A stretch of DNA of 48,089 bases, from assembly GCA_046756865.1 (NCBI GenBank), contig JBHHXE010000003.1:1-48089 (forward strand), given 5' to 3'. The first letter of the stretch is position 1. Every line of letters starts with the position of its first letter. Shown here in pieces: positions 46,626-48,089 of the stretch. Source of the stretch: Nitrospiria bacterium (GTDB taxonomy: Bacteria > Nitrospirota > Nitrospiria > SBBL01 > JAADHI01). The translations under genes and the position numbers were made by a program. Under the pieces are notes generated by a model. That model was given only the letters and a program-made list of their open reading frames with translations. It was not told the DNA's origin and made no database searches.

Positions 46626-47312
46626 ATGCTTTCAGCGATTATTTTTGATTGTGACGGGATTATTGCCGACAGTGAGCCTCACCATTTGAAGGCATTTCAG
46701 ATCACATTGGAAGAGATAGGGATTCCCCTGACCCGGGAGACATATTATCAACAATATCTTGCTATGGACGATAAAGGTCTTATGGAGACGGTTCTTTCCG
46801 CCCATAGGCGTCCAATAGATAATGCCATTCTCAAAAGACTGATTATCCGGAAGATGGCGCTTTACCAGGAATTGTCCGGAAAGGACCTTTACCTCTATCC
46901 GGGAGTTGTTGAATTTGTGAGAAAGGCAGAGGGTCGCTACCGTTTGGCCATTGCTTCCGGCGCGTTTCGTGGGGAAATCAAGGCGATTCTCGACAAAGGG
47001 GGGATGCGAGCAGCCTTTCCGGTGATTGTCAGCGCTCAGGACGTCAGAAATGGAAAGCCCCATCCGGAGGCATTTTTGACCGCATTGGAAAAACTCAATG
47101 CGCTTTCCCGGCTGGACCCGCCGATACCTCCGGAATCCTGTGTCGTTATTGAAGATTCCCTGCATGGACTCGAAGGGGTTCGTCTGGCCGGAATGCGATC
47201 CCTTGCCGTCACAAATACCTATCCTGAAGAAGCCCTAAATGGAAAAGCCGACCGGGTGGTCAGAAGCCTTGCCGATATTTCTCCGGAGGAATTAGAGACC
47301 CTTTGTTTCTAA
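46626..47312 (+). CDS. HAD-IA family phosphatase (beta-PGM/CbbY-like)
   Basis: FDCDGII.DSE, IASG, GKPHPE, IEDS..G. Confidence 0.9.
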   Translation: MLSAIIFDCDGIIADSEPHHLKAFQITLEEIGIPLTRETYYQQYLAMDDKGLMETVLSAHRRPIDNAILKRLIIRKMALYQELSGKDLYLYPGVVEFVRKAEGRYRLAIASGAFRGEIKAILDKGGMRAAFPVIVSAQDVRNGKPHPEAFLTALEKLNALSRLDPPIPPESCVVIEDSLHGLEGVRLAGMRSLAVTNTYPEEALNGKADRVVRSLADISPEELETLCF

Positions 47313-47383
47313 GGGTGGCCAAATTCTTGCGAATCTTTTCTGATTGTTGTAATATCCCCCAAACATATTAATTACGGAGGTAG

Positions 47384-47989
47384 GTGATGCAGTTGTCTTT
47401 TTTTGTGATGTTTTTTGCCGTTCTTTTAATGACTTCTGTTCCTGAAGTGGACGCCGCCGGGGAAAAGCTCCCGCCAGGTCTTTATGCTGTGATGGAAACC
47501 AATCTGGGCGATATCACGATAGAACTTTTTCCGGAGGAAGCCCCTAAGACCGTTGAGAATTTTGTCGGGCTTGCTGAGGGGAAGAGGGAATGGGTCGATC
47601 CGAAGGCCCGGAAGAAAGTGAAGCGTCCGCTTTATGATGGCCTGATCTTTCACCGGGTGATTCCAGGATTTATGATACAGGGAGGCGATCCTATGCGTAA
47701 CGGGATGGGAGGCCCCGGCTATCAGTTTGAGGATGAGTTCTCCTCAAAATTGAAGTTTGACCGGCCAGGCCGCCTTGCCATGGCAAACGCAGGCCCAAAC
47801 ACCAACGGAAGCCAGTTTTTCATTACAGAGGGCGCGACACCGCACTTGAACAACCGCCATACAATCTTCGGCCAGGTTTTTAAAGGCCAGGATGTCGTCC
47901 GAAAGATTGCCAGGGTTCCAAGAGATCGCCGTGACAAGCCAAATCATGATGTGACCCTTAAAAAGGTCCGGATCGTTAAATCAAAGTAA
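47384..47989 (+). CDS. Cyclophilin-type peptidyl-prolyl isomerase (exported)
   Basis: Signal peptide; [47 protein letters not shown]. Confidence 0.95.
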   Translation: MMQLSFFVMFFAVLLMTSVPEVDAAGEKLPPGLYAVMETNLGDITIELFPEEAPKTVENFVGLAEGKREWVDPKARKKVKRPLYDGLIFHRVIPGFMIQGGDPMRNGMGGPGYQFEDEFSSKLKFDRPGRLAMANAGPNTNGSQFFITEGATPHLNNRHTIFGQVFKGQDVVRKIARVPRDRRDKPNHDVTLKKVRIVKSK

Positions 47990-48089
47990 GAAAATTGCTA
48001 TTTAGCGGCTGTTTGGCGAGTTTCTTCACCTCCGGCCTTGATGAATTTTCTTGCTTATTGAGTTGTATTTTTTTAGACTCCTAAAGTCT

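Noticed and set aside
6298-47989. Numerous short ORFs nested in or antisense to long genes
   Set aside because: They are shadow frames of well-supported CDSs with no independent signals.
47998-48089. Possible start of another repeat at the window end
   Set aside because: No second copy in the window and only a 5-bp hairpin, so it cannot be supported.
1-48089. CRISPR arrays, tRNA/rRNA, prophage, transposase, known riboswitches
   Set aside because: None recognised by eye. An Infernal/tRNAscan run would be needed to exclude small RNAs.

Overview
A 48 kb stretch of bacterial chromosome with mostly housekeeping genes: comM, cobB, hup, a peptide ABC transporter, secG-tpiA-pgk-gap-PBP1A, two M16 peptidase pairs, csp, secA, fabH, larE and a cyclophilin. 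It also has several c-di-GMP genes. The gene content is suggestive of Nitrospirota, but that is an unverified inference. Two loci stand out. (1) A six-gene signalling operon at 25.3-30.0 kb (- strand) encodes a PAS histidine kinase, a Roadblock/MglB protein, an ODP-type di-iron metallo-beta-lactamase-fold protein, a REC-DUF4388-TPR regulator, an orphan ParA ATPase and a degenerate Roadblock-like protein, with no MglA/CvnD GTPase. (2) An electron-transfer locus at 42.0-45.0 kb encodes a Cyc2-like cytochrome-porin fusion and a four-domain cytochrome c with a Met-rich linker. These are preceded by a small ORF with the signal peptide / CxxxC / C-terminal HPP layout of CutF/CruR-type metal-responsive leader peptides. 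Non-coding features include a 159-bp IS5-like MITE (two full copies, one copy cut by the window edge, one remnant), a complete sigma54 promoter (-24/-12, IHF site, upstream palindromes) driving a small orphan membrane protein, two diverged copies of a structured intergenic element, and several probable leaderless promoters. No rRNA, tRNA, CRISPR array or transposase was seen. All family assignments come from motif recognition by eye; no database searches were run.
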